From Squalus acanthias (Eukaryota): 64,000 bases of DNA. This document shows, one piece after another, positions 1 to 11,759 of the stretch. The notes beneath the pieces are model-generated. The model was not told where the DNA came from and ran no database searches. It was given only the letters and a program-made list of their open reading frames with translations. Both the position numbers and the translations under genes were made by a program. The DNA lies in assembly GCA_030390025.1 (NCBI GenBank), contig CM059433.1, positions 29,576,001 through 29,640,000 on the forward strand. The letters are read 5' to 3'. The stretch's first letter is position 1; each line of letters begins with the position of its first letter.

Positions 1-91
1 GGTTAAATAGCGCGCCAACATGCACTGTCAAAGGGTTTATGCACAAGATAAGAGTTTTGCAAGACATTTCTCTTCAGGATTCACGAAAAAT

Positions 92-277
92 AAACAGATT
101 ACCTGATCATTATCACATTGCTGTTTGTGGGAGCTTGCTGAGCACAAATTAGAAGCTGTGTTTCCTATATTTCAACAGTGACTGCACTTCAAAAGTACTT
201 CTATCACTGTAAGGTGCTTCGGGACCTCCTGAGGTCATGAAATGCACTATATAAATGCAAGTTATTTCTTTTCTTTA
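92..277 (+). mobile_element. DeuSINE (SacSINE1/AmnSINE1-like), 3' half
   Basis: Deu-domain-like 'cattatcacattgctgtttgtgggagcttgctg...acagtgactgcacttcaaaagtactt' plus tail 'ctatataaatgcaag', matching the full copies at 18604 and 23303. Confidence 0.8.
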
Positions 278-349
278 TGATTCAGCCTCTTTAAAGAAAC
301 AGATTTTACTTTCCTGTAACCTTTACAATCAAAATACACTGGACTGATC

Positions 350-509
350 TGAACTCCCTGCCTAACAGCACTGTGGGAGCACCTTCACCACACGGACTGC
401 AGCGGTCCAAGAAGGCGGCTCACCACCACCTTCTCAAGGGCAATTAGGGATGGGCAATAAATGCTGGCCTTGCCATCGACGCCCACATCCCGTGAATGAA
501 TAAAAAAAA
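350..509 (+). mobile_element. 3' tail of a CR1-clade LINE (family of 11920-12747 and 32395-33312)
   Basis: 'caccaccaccttctcaagggcaattagggatgggcaataaatgctggcc...cccacatcccgtgaatgaataaaaaaaa' matches the tails of the RT-bearing copies. Confidence 0.8.
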
Positions 510-1095
510 GTCCTCAACAAGTAGCAGAGTATGGCCTGAATGTTGCATAGTTACACTTGATGCAATATGGTTTGGCCTTATGTTGGCACTAACTTTGCGT
601 TAATTCAGTTAAATCGCAGTTAAGCAGGAGGCGTGAAGCAAGCTCCAGGAGATAGTGTTACATTGCTTTGAATTAACACCTGTAGCCCAGTGCAAAGGAA
701 GTTTAAAAAGTTCCTAATTGTTTGAATTGTACCAACTGTAGATTGGTTCAGCAAGGCAGCTACTACGGTGGCATCAGTAATTTTAATGATAGTACAACTA
801 ATGAGGCAGTAAGTACAAACGATGGATTTGACCACAATCCTTTGGCGAACAGGCGATCATGTGTTGAAACTCCCTGCTCCTGTTCTGTCCTTCCCCCGTA
901 AGGCGGTTCTTTATATACCCACAACTCCAGGCAGTGTCCACATACCCGTGGCATCATCCACCCTCAGTCAATCAGTGACACTGTAGCCCGTTTAACCCAT
1001 ATATGGACATGCTTACATTTTGTTCCTCCCTGACTCCTTTTCAGCAGTTTTCCGGTCGACACTACATCAAACAAACTGCAGTAAGGTAGTTAAGG

Positions 1096-1675
1096 GTACG
1101 GTAATGTAGTGGTTTATATAGGGTACGGTAGTGTAGTGGTTTATATAGGGTACGGTAATGTAGTGGTTATACTATATAGGAGTACGGTAGTGTAGTGGTT
1201 TATATAGGGTACGGTAGTGTAGTGGTTTATATAGGGTACGGTAATGTAGTGGTTATACTATATAGGAGTACGGTAGTGTAGTGGTTTATATAGGGTACGG
1301 TAGTGTAGTGGTTTATATAGGAGTACGGTCGTGTAGTGGTTTATATAGGGTACGGTAATGTAGTGGTTTATATAGGGTACGGTAGTGTAGTGGTTTATAT
1401 AGGGTACGGTAGTGTAGTGGTTTATATAGGGTACGGTAATGTAGTGGTTATACTATATAGGAGTACGGTAGTGTAGTGGTTTATATAGGGTACGGTAGTG
1501 TAGTGGTTTATATAGGAGTACGGTCGTGTAGTGGTTTATATAGGGTATGGTAGTGTAGTGGTTTATATAAGGATACGGTAATGTAGTGGTTTATATAGGG
1601 TACGGTAATGTAGTGGTTATACTATATAGGAGTACGGTCGTGTAGTGGTTTATATAGGGGTACAGTCATGTACTG
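1096..1675 (+). repeat. ~27-bp minisatellite, about 20 units (gggtacggtagtgtagtggtttatata), derived from a SINE tRNA head
   Basis: Directly visible tandem units, with longer 'ggttatactatatagga' variants. The array resumes at 2866-2960 and runs into a SINE body. Confidence 0.95.
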
Positions 1676-2865
1676 CAGTGGTTCTCAAACTGGGGTCCAT
1701 GGTGATGTTCCGGGGGTCCGCGAAATATTGACCGATTATTCGTTGAAAAAGATCTCTGAAAAATTGCAGACTGTAAAAATGAACCAGTGCGGGTCGAGGA
1801 GGAGGCGGGACCAGAGTGTTCACGTTCGGGTTCCTTCCAATGACCTCATTGGTGTCTGTGGGAGGGGAGCGGAGGTTGGCTGGCTGGTAATGCGGCAAAG
1901 GGCGACGGAAAAATAGAAAAGTTTCGCCGGGAATCGGTAAGTTTTAAAGTTCAACCAAGGGTGAGTCGCCATCGTTTACCGCGAGTCTCCCGCTGGCTTC
2001 ATGCGGTCTGCTGGACGGCTTTTATTTGCTGTGCGAATTTTTCCTGAACCAGTTGCGTGGGATAATCTTGGATCATTAACATCGGCGATTTGAAACTGCT
2101 GCTGGGCTGAATCGAGCCGAAATCCCGTTACCATGGCAGCACTGTGTTATGTGCCGGAAAGTTCTGGAAAAGATTGGCGGTGGAGAGAGCGGGCTTTTGG
2201 AGACCCGGGGCCCGTCAAGTTGCCTGGCTGTTGTTTTTTGGGGGGGAGAGGAGAGTTTGGGTTTGTGTGTCACCGGCTGGAGACGGCAGGGTGTGGACTG
2301 GCTGAGAGCTGGAAATGCAAAGACTTGTTCCTGACCTGCCCTGACCACGAAAAGAACAAATTTGTTTGGTGTGGATGTCGGCGGACGGGTGTGAAGCCGG
2401 CGATCCCAATCACTCCAGCAGCTGGGTGTTTTTTGGGAGGTTTTTCTTCGTCTTCAGATCTCTTTAATTTCACTTCTTTAGCACTTTAGCATTGAATTAA
2501 AATTGAGGCTTTTGCTCATTTCAAATTATATTTTTAAAAAAGGTTCAGAATTAAAGTTCGGAGATGAGCAGTAGTTTTTAGGACGGTACTTAAAATTAAT
2601 GTAACAGGTGGGAAAGTGAACAGCAGGCACAGCTTTAAATAAATTGTCAAACATCACACCAAGGGTAGACAGACTGTGCCGTGAGAAGAGGCCACACCCA
2701 TCTCATTGATATCTGTAAGTAAATGCCTGTTTTCTTAAAAGGATTAAAAGCATGCAGCACTTTCATATTATTAGTATTATATAGCATTATAATTTAGATG
2801 AGGGTGTCCATGATTATAATCAATTGAAAAGGTGTCCTTCAGCCAAAATAGTTTGAGAACCACTG
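1676..2865. mobile_element. Non-autonomous hAT (Charlie-like) DNA transposon
   Basis: Perfect 15-bp TIRs CAGTGGTTCTCAAAC / GTTTGAGAACCACTG. The 8-bp flanks atgtactg / gtgtagtg match at 6/8, consistent with a decayed TSD. No transposase ORF. Confidence 0.85.
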
Positions 2866-3330
2866 GTGTAGTGGTTATACTCTATGGGGGTACGGTCGTT
2901 TAGTGGTTATAATAAAGAAGGGTACGGCAGTGTAGTGGGTTATATAGGGGTGCGGTAAGTAGTTATTAGAATAGTAAGTCAGAGGTCTGGACTTCTAACC
3001 AGGGAGAACGTGAGTTCAGACCCCACCATGGCAGTTTGAGAATTTGAATTCAATTAAAAAAAATCTGGATCTAAAAACAAAATCCGGGATCAGTAAAAGT
3101 GACCGTGAAGCTGTCGGATTCTCGTAAAAACCCAAGTGGTTCATCAATTGAATATAGGGAAGGTAACCTGACATCCTTATCCGATCTGGGCCTATATGTG
3201 ACTCCAGTCCAACACCAACGTGGATGACTCTTAACTGCCATCTCAAGTGGCCTAGCAAGCCACTCAGTTTAGGGATGGGTAATAAATACCAGCCTTGCTA
3301 GCAACGCCCACATCCCAAGAATGGATAAAG
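2866..3330 (+). mobile_element. tRNA-derived SINE with a CR1-type 3' tail, preceded by diverged head repeats
   Basis: A-box-like 'gtagtggtt', B-box-like 'gagttcagacc' near 3012, and tail 'tagggatgggtaataaataccagccttgctagcaacgcccacatccc' shared with the LINE tail at 350-509. Confidence 0.75.
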
Positions 3331-4289
3331 CAAAGAGGATGTGAAAAGGGTAACAAACAAAGGTTCATCCTTAATAAGCTCTCAGTGTTACTAACGATGC
3401 AACTATGTTGTACACAGCTAGAATCTGTCGTAGGTCTATAGTATGTTGGAAGTTGTATTGATTCAGCTCTCGGATGTGTAATTTAGGAATGTTTAAATAA
3501 ATCACACCAAATGCAGTGTTAGATTGCTGGGGTTATAAGTTCCTTGTAATTAAACTTGTGAGTTTTCAGTATTTGCCAATAATGGTTACAGGTAGTAAAA
3601 TGATCTCCGGGTTAGCAGTTTCTCCAGTTCTATACTGGCATTCAGTAAAGGAACACAGGAGAGAGAACGGCCTTGTCTGCAGAAGAATGGAACAACTTTG
3701 AACATTCTGCTGGTTCTCTTTCAGTCTCTTCCGAGCATGCTATAATTGTCAAACTCCACTGCTGCACGGTTTCCTGCACGCTGTGGAAAACTGAAAGATC
3801 TTGAAGAGGCAGCTTCCAAAGTCAGGCGCTGCAGGGATTGCAGCTCACACAGGCAGCATGAAACTATTTGGACGGGGGTGTGGGGGGACTTGTCGTAGCA
3901 GGGGCCTGAACGGTGGCCATGTGGAATGGGATCAGAACGGTCCAGTAGGACCTGCCAACACGGTCTCACGGCAGACCACTTTATTGTCACCTTCACTTCA
4001 GGAATGTAAAAGCTGAGGCGAGAACGAGAGGCTTGGTGCTGATTGTGGAGAGCAACCTCAGATCCCGTGGGAGGCTGTAAAAATAGCACGGCGGAGGTGC
4101 CGAGTGACAATCAGCTGAGCTGCAATGCTTTCATCCCCTGTCTGGATTTCATTATTAACGACACAGCTCTGAGTAATGTGTTTGTGTAAGCCACTACTCT
4201 GCTATCTGAATACAGAGCACTGGGAATTCAATTAATCTCAGCATTAATTTCGGCTGATTAACTACTGGCCCTCTATGGAGATGCATTGG

Positions 4290-6937
4290 CCTCTGCTGCC
4301 AAAACTCTGCTGCCCGTATCCTGACTCGGACCAGGTCCTGTTCACCCATCGCCGCTGTGCTTGCTGACCTACATTGGCTCCTGTTCCGGCAAAGCCTCAA
4401 TTTTAAAATTTTTATCCTTATTTACAAATCCCTCCATGGCCTCGCTCCTCCCCATCTCTGTTACTTGAACGTCTTTGGCAGACAACTGGTCTAATCATCC
4501 ATCATCAGCTATGGCTATATCATATAAAGTACTATCAGGTCCTGCTCTCCATTGCTAAAACTGCCCACTATTCTAAGATCATCCAGAAAGGCAAACTTAA
4601 TTCCAGGCTTGTCTTCTCCACCACTAACCGTCTTCTCAATGCACCCTCCCCCACCTCCTCCTCCCTCACCTCCAACAATAAATGCGAGGAGCTCATGGAC
4701 TTATTTGTTAAAAAGATCGAGAACATCCATTCAACTGCCTCTGCTACTTCCCTCTCTTCCCGTAGCCTTACTTCCTCTCCCTTTTCCCGTGCCCTAACCC
4801 TAAACTTGCATATTTCTCTAGCTTCTCTCCTATCTCCATTCTTGCCCTTTCAAAGGTCATCTTGTCTATGAGACCGACCTCCTGCTCTCTCGACCCTATT
4901 CCCACTAAATTGCTGGACACCCAACTTCCCTTCCTGGCTTCCATGTTAGTGGATATTGTTAACAGCTCTCTCTCCTCAGGTATTATCCCCCTCTCCTTCA
5001 AATCTGCCGTCATCACCCCTCTCTTCAAAAATGCAACACTTGACCCTCCGTCCTTGCAAATTATCGCCCCATCTCCAACCTCCCTTTCCTCTCCAGAGTT
5101 CTTTAATTTGTTGTTGCCTCCCAAATTTGTGCCCATCTTTCCCAGTACTCCTTGCTTGAATCCCGCCAATCAGGCTTCTGCTGCTGCCATAGTACCGAAA
5201 CGACTCTTACCAATGTCACAAATGACATCCTAATTGACTGTGACAAAGGTAAACAATCCTTTCTCGACCTGTCTACAGCCTTTGACATGATTGGCCACAA
5301 AATTCTGCTCCAACGCCTCTCCACCATTGTCCAGTTGGATGGGACTGCACTCTCCTGGTTCCATTCCTATCTATCCAGTCATAGCCATAGAATCACTTGC
5401 AATTGCTTCTCTTCCTGCTCCGACACCGTTATCTCTGGTATCCCCCAAGGATCTATTCTTGGCCCCCTCCTATTTCTCATCTACATGCTGCCCCTCGGTG
5501 ACATCATCTGGCGACACAGCGTGAGTTTTTACTTGTACACTGATGATACTGATGATACCTCTCCACCACCTCTCTCAAATCCTCCACTGTCTCTATACTA
5601 TCAGGCTGCTTGTCCGACATCCAGTACTGGATGAGTAGAAAATGTCTTCAGTTAAATATCGGGAAGACTGAAGCCATTGTCTTCGGTTCATGCCACAAAC
5701 TCCGTTCCCTTTCCACCGATTCGATCTCTCTCCCCGGCACTGTCTGAGGCTGACCATGTCTGTTTGCAACCTTGGTGTCATATTTGATCACGAATTAAGC
5801 TTCCTACCTCATCTCCATTCTATCACTAAGACTGCCCATTTCCACCTTCGTAACATCATCTGTATCCGCGCTTGCCTCATCTTATCTGCTGCATATACCC
5901 TCATCCATGCCTTTATTACCTCTAGACTTGCCTATTCCACTCCTAGCCAGCCTCCCTAGTTCCACCCTCCATAAACTTGAGGTCATCTTAAATTCTGCTG
6001 CCCGTATCCTAACTCGCACCAAGTCCCACTTACCCATCTCCCCTGTGCTCGCTGACCCATATTGGCTCCCAGTTAAGTAACGCCTCGATTTTAAAATTCT
6101 CATCCTTGTTTTCAAATCTCTCCATGGCCTCGCCCCCTCTTGCATCAAGACTTGCATTTATATAGCGCCTTTCATGAATATCCCAAAGTGTTTTGCAGCC
6201 AATGAAGTACTTTTGAAGTGTAGTCACTGTTGTAATGTAGGAAACGCGGCAGCCAATTTGCACACAACAAGCTCCCACAAACAGCAATATGATAATAACC
6301 AGATAATCTGTTTTTAAGTTATGTTGATTGAGTGATAAATATTGGCCAGGACACCGGGGAGAACTCCCCTGCTCTTCTTCGAAATAGTGCCATGGGATCT
6401 TTTACGTACACCTGAGAGAGCAGACAGGGCCTCAGTTTAACGTCTCATCCGAAAGATGGCACCTCCGACAGTGCAGCCCCCCCTCAGCACTGCACTTGAG
6501 TGTCAGCTTAGATTTTTGTGCTCAAGTCTCTGGAGTGGGAGTTATACACAACCTTCTGACTCAGAGATGAGAGTGCTACCAACTGAGCCACTGGCTGTAA
6601 CCTCCTCGAGCCCTATAATCCCCCTAGATCTCTGCGCTCTGCCTACTCTGGCCTTTTGAGCATCCCCGATTTTTAATTGCTCCACCATTGGTGGTCGTGC
6701 CTTCAGCTGCCTAGGTCCTAAGCTCTGGAATTCCCTCCCTAAATCTCCCCGTCACTCCACTTCTCCTTCAAGACTCTCCTTCAAAACCTACCTCTTTGAC
6801 CAAGCTTTTGATCACCTGTCCTAATATCTCCTTATGTTGCTTGGTGTCAAATTTTGCCTGATAACGCTCCTGTGAAGCGCCCCAAGATGTTTTACTATGT
6901 TAAAGGCGCTATATAAATGCAAGTTGTTGTTGTTGTT
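4290..6937 (+). mobile_element. L2-clade LINE, 5'-truncated and frameshifted ORF2 (RT), interrupted by a DeuSINE
   Basis: RT motifs in ORFs 4862-5233 and 5152-5634 (CSLDPIPT, QSGF..HSTET, LDLSTAFD, GIPQGSILGPLLF, YTDD). Tail 'aaggcgctatataaatgcaag(ttg)n'. 4290-4460 is a separate L2 3' fragment. Confidence 0.88.
6147..6594 (-). mobile_element. Full-length DeuSINE inserted into the L2
   Basis: Reverse complement of the tRNA head (gtggctcagttggtagcac), Deu domain and tail. L2 sequence continues on both sides. Confidence 0.88.
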
Positions 6938-7189
6938 CTTGTTGGTCATTTGTAACTCCAAGTGCTGATGGCAGCACCACCATTAGCACGTCACAAGAGC
7001 ACTTTATTCAGTGGTCTGATTACTACAGAAGGTCTGCTTCAGTTTTCTTAACAGAAAACAGATTATGATTCGCGATCTCACTGGGTTTTCTTTGCCAGGA
7101 GGTTACTGCTGATTTAAGCCACAGTGATTTCCCATGCCAAATTTCTCACCTCCTCTCCTGAAGGTGCTAACTCAAAAAAGAAAGCAAAA

Positions 7190-7465
7190 AAGAAGACTTA
7201 CATTTCTATAGTGCCTTTCACAACATTAGGATGTCCCAAAGCGCTTTTGAGTCAATGAAATGCTTTTGCAGTGTAGTCACTGTTGTAATGTAGGAAATGC
7301 ATCAGACAATATGCGCACAGCAAGCTCCCACAAACAGCAATGTGATAATGACCAGATAATCAATTTTTTAGTGGTGTTGGTTGAGGGATAAATATTAGCC
7401 AGGACACCGGGGAGAACTCCCCTGCTCTTCTTCGAAATAGTGCCATGGGATCTTTTCCGTACAGC
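7190..7465 (-). mobile_element. DeuSINE, 5'-truncated
   Basis: Same body as 6147-6420. Confidence 0.82.
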
Positions 7466-8407
7466 TCAGGATTGCCAATATCACAAGGTGATGAAATTAA
7501 TATGGTGAGACATTGCACAGGGAATGAAGCAAAAGGAAGCATCTTAAAGAACTGGCATAGGGGAGCGCTGAACAGTGATATCTTGTGGCCAGTCTGGTTG
7601 CGACGACCGACTAACTAACCGATCTACTAGGTATAAATATTGAACCCCAGTTTCTTGAGAGTAGGCTGATTCAACAGTTCCGTTACACTTCACTAAAGGC
7701 GTAACAGCAAGTGCCATCTTTTGGTAACCCAGAGGTGACCTTTGAACTTCAGCTATTGTGAAGATTAATGCGTGGACCCTCAGCCCCTTTTATATGCATT
7801 TTATTTTAAATATCTTAATGCCTCCACTGAAATAGCTCAGAAAGGAACTGCGACAAATGCGTAAAGCGGTTTGTATGTTAATCACCTCACAGCAAGATCT
7901 CTAGAGCAGACTATTGTAAATCTGGCAAAATCCAGGAGCACTGAGACAAGCATCAGTGTAAAAATGCACATGTGTTATACGGCATTGATATGCTGGAAGA
8001 CTCAGTGAAGTTGACCTCTGGTTTCTATTTCAGTCATTCATGTCTATTCTGAATTTGTCAAGATATCGTGCATGTGAACCCATTACTAATTCATCTAGAC
8101 CTGAGTGAATTGCAGAAAGCTGATGGCTCTGAAACCATTTCTGCAGTTCTTAGCTAAGTATAGTTGGTTGAGGCTCCCTGGATGGTAGATTGATGTTGTT
8201 ACAACCTAACGAGTATAAAGAGTATAAAGAAACGCAGCTAATGTCGGGGAGGCGTTAATGACACCACTGCTAACCAATCGAAGTACTGAACTACTTTCCA
8301 ATATTGTAGTTCACACCTGCATCATTTCATATTAGTCTTAGTAGTTAGATTCTGAAGGGAATATTTTCACCTGACTGTACCTAATGTGTAACAAAACAAA
8401 AATTAGA

Positions 8408-8830
8408 TGTGGAGAGATTAGGGAAATTGGGATTGTTCTGCTCAGAACAGAGAAGGTTAAGGGGAGATTTAATTGAGGTGTTCAAAATTATGAAGGGTTT
8501 TGCGAGAGTAAATAAGGAGAAACTGTTTCCACTGGCAGGAGGGTCAGCAACCAGAGGACACAGATTTAAGGTAATTGGGAAAAAAGAACCAGAGGGGAGA
8601 TGAGAGATTTTTTTACGCAGCGAGTTGTTGTGATCTAGAATGCACTGCCTGAAAGGGTGGTGAAAGTAGATTCAATAGTAACTTTCAAAAGGGAATTGGA
8701 TAAATACTAGAAAAGGAAAAAATTGCAGGACTAGTGGGAAAGAGCAGGGGAGTGGGACTAATTGGCTAGCTCTGTCAAAGAGCCAGCACAGGCACGATGG
8801 ACCAGATGGCCTCCTTCTGTGCTGCATCAT
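8408..8830 (+). mobile_element. CR1 LINE 3' end
   Basis: ERLGKLGLF.SEQRRLRGDLIEVFKIMKG...TRGH C-terminal ORF2 motif followed by 3' UTR. Confidence 0.85.
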
Positions 8831-9629
8831 GCTACGGTAGTAAAAACAGAATTCCATTTCTAGTGCTACTTTGTGTCTGGCTCCAATCAGAAAAGGGCAG
8901 TGAGGCAAATGATGAGGGGAAAAATAAATTTGTGATGCCCTTCTTTGATTGACTTGTTAAAGGCAACTGGTGAGAAACACTTGCGGAATTCCTTGGGGAG
9001 GGGTGGAGGGATACTCACGGATAGTCAGCCTTGACCTGCCATTACTTGTGTAGTCAGGTCAAGAGTTAAAGGCTTCGGCAGAGTGCTGATTTAGGGATGG
9101 GGGCAAAATTTGAACCCAACCCGTCACTGCCACACCCAACCTGATTACCGTAATAACTGGTAATGGCTACTGAATCCATGAGTGCTGTGCTCCAAATCTC
9201 CCCTTTACCTCCAAATAGCATGACCGTACTTTTACTACAAAGGATAAAGTGCAGGTGGAGGAGGTGAATTTCCTGAACGGGCAGTCGTCTGGGGAAACTT
9301 GTCCACCAGATGATAGACATTGCTTGGAATTGTCGGAGCGAGCGGAAGTGTGGCGGGCCAGGACTTCTACCTGCTGCTGTGACCCGCCATTGACCCCCAT
9401 CCCAAATCAAGGGGACAGAGTCATATGAATATTCAGGACAGGTGCTGTAGCAGGGAGAAGCGGGTCTCAGAGCAGTGCTATGCCGTTTCAAGAGGGGGAG
9501 CCCAAGGCCCAAATTGGGCTGAGGAAAATCGTTCTTTTGCATCCCCTCAAGGAACACAATAAACAGCATGGTTAAAGTAATCAATATCTCTGGGATCTCT
9601 AGTGACTGTTAGGGCCCTGCCTAGGCCCG

Positions 9630-9772
9630 TTTCTCAACGCACCAAGTCCCGTTCACCCTGTCACCCCCTGTGCTCGCTGACCTACCTTTGTTCCCGGTCC
9701 GGCAACACCTCAATTTTTAAATTCTCATCCTTGTGTTCAAATTCCTCCATGGCCTCGCGCCTACCTATCTCA
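9630..9772 (+). mobile_element. L2 fragment
   Basis: Matches 6010-6140. Confidence 0.7.
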
Positions 9773-10149
9773 AACATGAATTCCTGTTACACATTTGCGT
9801 TTTTATTCAGATATTCCCCTTGTGCTCAGCATCCCAGACCACTTTTCTAAGCAAGCCTTTACTCCCATTGGGTAATGTAAGAAGCCCAGGGGGTCAAAGA
9901 GAAACTCTTGTTACTATATTTAGCTCCACTGATATGACATGAGCACCCCCGCGATCTCCTAGACCACAGAAAGCTCTACTCTATCAGACTGCGACTTCAT
10001 CTATAAACTACAGAACAGGTTTATAAATTAATAGTGGATGAGCAGTAATAAAAACAAGGCAGCCGATTACAATATTTTACAGAGCACTTAACTCACTCTC
10101 CCTTCTCAGATACAAAAATAATAACCAAACGTCTAACTTTCTTTCTAAT

Positions 10150-10615
10150 TTCAATGGGTAGCTCTCCCACCTCTGAGTCACAAGGTCATGGGTCCACGTC
10201 CTACTCCAGAGACTTGAGTAAATAATTCATGCTGACACTCCAGTGCAGTACTGAGGGAGCACTGCACTGTCCGAGGTGCCATCTTTCGGATGAGATGGTA
10301 AACTAAGGCCCCGTTTGCTCTCTCAGGTGGACGTAAAAGATTCCATGCCACTATTTCAAAGAAGAGCAGGGGGAGTTCTCCCCAGTGTCCTGGCCAATAT
10401 TTATCCCTCAACCAACATCACTAAAAAAAAATTATCTGGTCATTATCACATTGCTGTTTGTGGGAGCTTGCTGTGCACAATTTGGCTGCCGCATTTTCGA
10501 CATTACAAAAGTGACTACACTTCAAAAGTACTTAATTAGTTGTAAAGTGCTTTGGGATGTCTGGAGGCCATGAAAGGCGCTGTATAAATGAAAGTCTTTT
10601 GTTCTTTTTGTCTTT
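10150..10615 (+). mobile_element. DeuSINE, near full-length
   Basis: Head remnant, Deu domain and 'aaggcgctgtataaatg' tail. Confidence 0.85.
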
Positions 10616-10652
10616 TTACCACTGTAGAATGCTAGGATTGGAAGGGCATACT

Positions 10653-11401
10653 GGGGGAAAAATTTGGTTGCTTTGCACCTCCCGTTAGCACCCTAAGAGC
10701 GCAAAGCAACTAGCGCCCGGGCGCGACGCCTCCCGCGAAATTCAGCGGGAGGTTAGCGGCGGCAGTAACCGTTAGCACCCCGAGGCGCTGCGCCGCCGGC
10801 AATTACATCATTGCCGTGCGCAGCGCCACGCTCGCACCCCGGCCGCGATCTTCGGTAGCATCCCCTGACTTACCGCCAGACGCTATGTCCGACAGGGTCA
10901 GGGGGGCCTACCTGCAGCCGGGGCAGCGTTAATTAAAGGCGAGGGGCCGGGCGGCCATTTTTGTTGCTGGCCGACTGCCAGCACCTGCCCCCGTTGCCGT
11001 CCCCAGCCTCTTCTGCAGCCCCCCCGCGGAGTGCTGGCTGCGCTCTTTGAGCCCGGCACTTCTCTTCAGTGCCGGGCTCTTTTGCCGGCACGCCGATCCC
11101 TGGTGGCCCAGCTGGGCACCGGGATGCGCTGCACAAGGCCCATCTCCTTTAAGAAGGAGAGGAAGGCCTGCAGTACCGCGGCGCAATGTGCTGCAGAGCA
11201 TGGCACTGCGGCACATAGCACCGCAATATTCCCTCGCAGCGCCCCAAGAGGGAGGCGGGGCACTTCCCGTAGCGGCCCGCTTCCCTCTTGGGGCGCTACC
11301 ATTCAATTTCGGCTGTGGGGGCGTTCATTTTTTCAGGGCGCTAAAAGTAGTGCCCCGGCGAGGTTAGCGCCCCAAAGGGGGCGCAACTCAATTTTCCCCC
11401 C
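10653..11401. mobile_element. PIF/Harbinger-type MITE (GC-rich)
   Basis: TIRs GGGGGAAAAAT / ATTTTCCCCC; colinear with 19598-20251. Confidence 0.8.
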
Positions 11402-11759
11402 ACAATCTTTAACAGGAAGTACAGTGATTATAAACAGTAGGAAGGTTGTCTGATTTGTTTTCAGCGGAATCTATTTGTCACAGCTAAAATATGTGCAAAA
11501 TGATTTGGGCCAAGGTGGGGGCATGCCTGAGTGCAGAAGTAGCAGAACAATTTACAAATGGGAGTCCTGGTAGTTGCGGAGGAGAGCTACATGTTAGCAA
11601 GGTAATATGTTGAGCTTGCTGCCAAAGGGAGAGATGGTCTGGAAATTTCCTTGGAGCGCTCCTGCTCCACAGCTGTAGCTTTCGGTGGAAATTTGACAGA
11701 AACCCACTGCCAAAGTTACACCGGTGGAGGGGAGAACTCTGAAGACACAGCATAGGCTG

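Noticed and set aside
742..808. Possible + strand exon (ag|ATTGG...GCA|gtaagt)
   Set aside because: Weak polypyrimidine tract, no recognisable peptide and no partner exons.
1096..1675. Regular ~27-bp repeats resembling a CRISPR array
   Set aside because: Head-to-tail units with no unique spacers, no cas genes, and a vertebrate repeat context.
3640..4190. Moderately GC-rich unique stretch with ORFs of 129 and 71 aa
   Set aside because: No recognisable domain, splice structure or repeat hallmark; left unassigned.
9066..9584. 172-aa minus-strand ORF
   Set aside because: No recognisable motif; the region begins with a Harbinger-like 'gggggcaaaattt' end and is probably a decayed MITE.
10929..11453. 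Overlapping GC-rich ORFs and CpG-island look (also 19668-20261)
   Set aside because: Interior of TIR-bounded MITE copies; ORFs follow from high GC and are not conserved in frame between copies.
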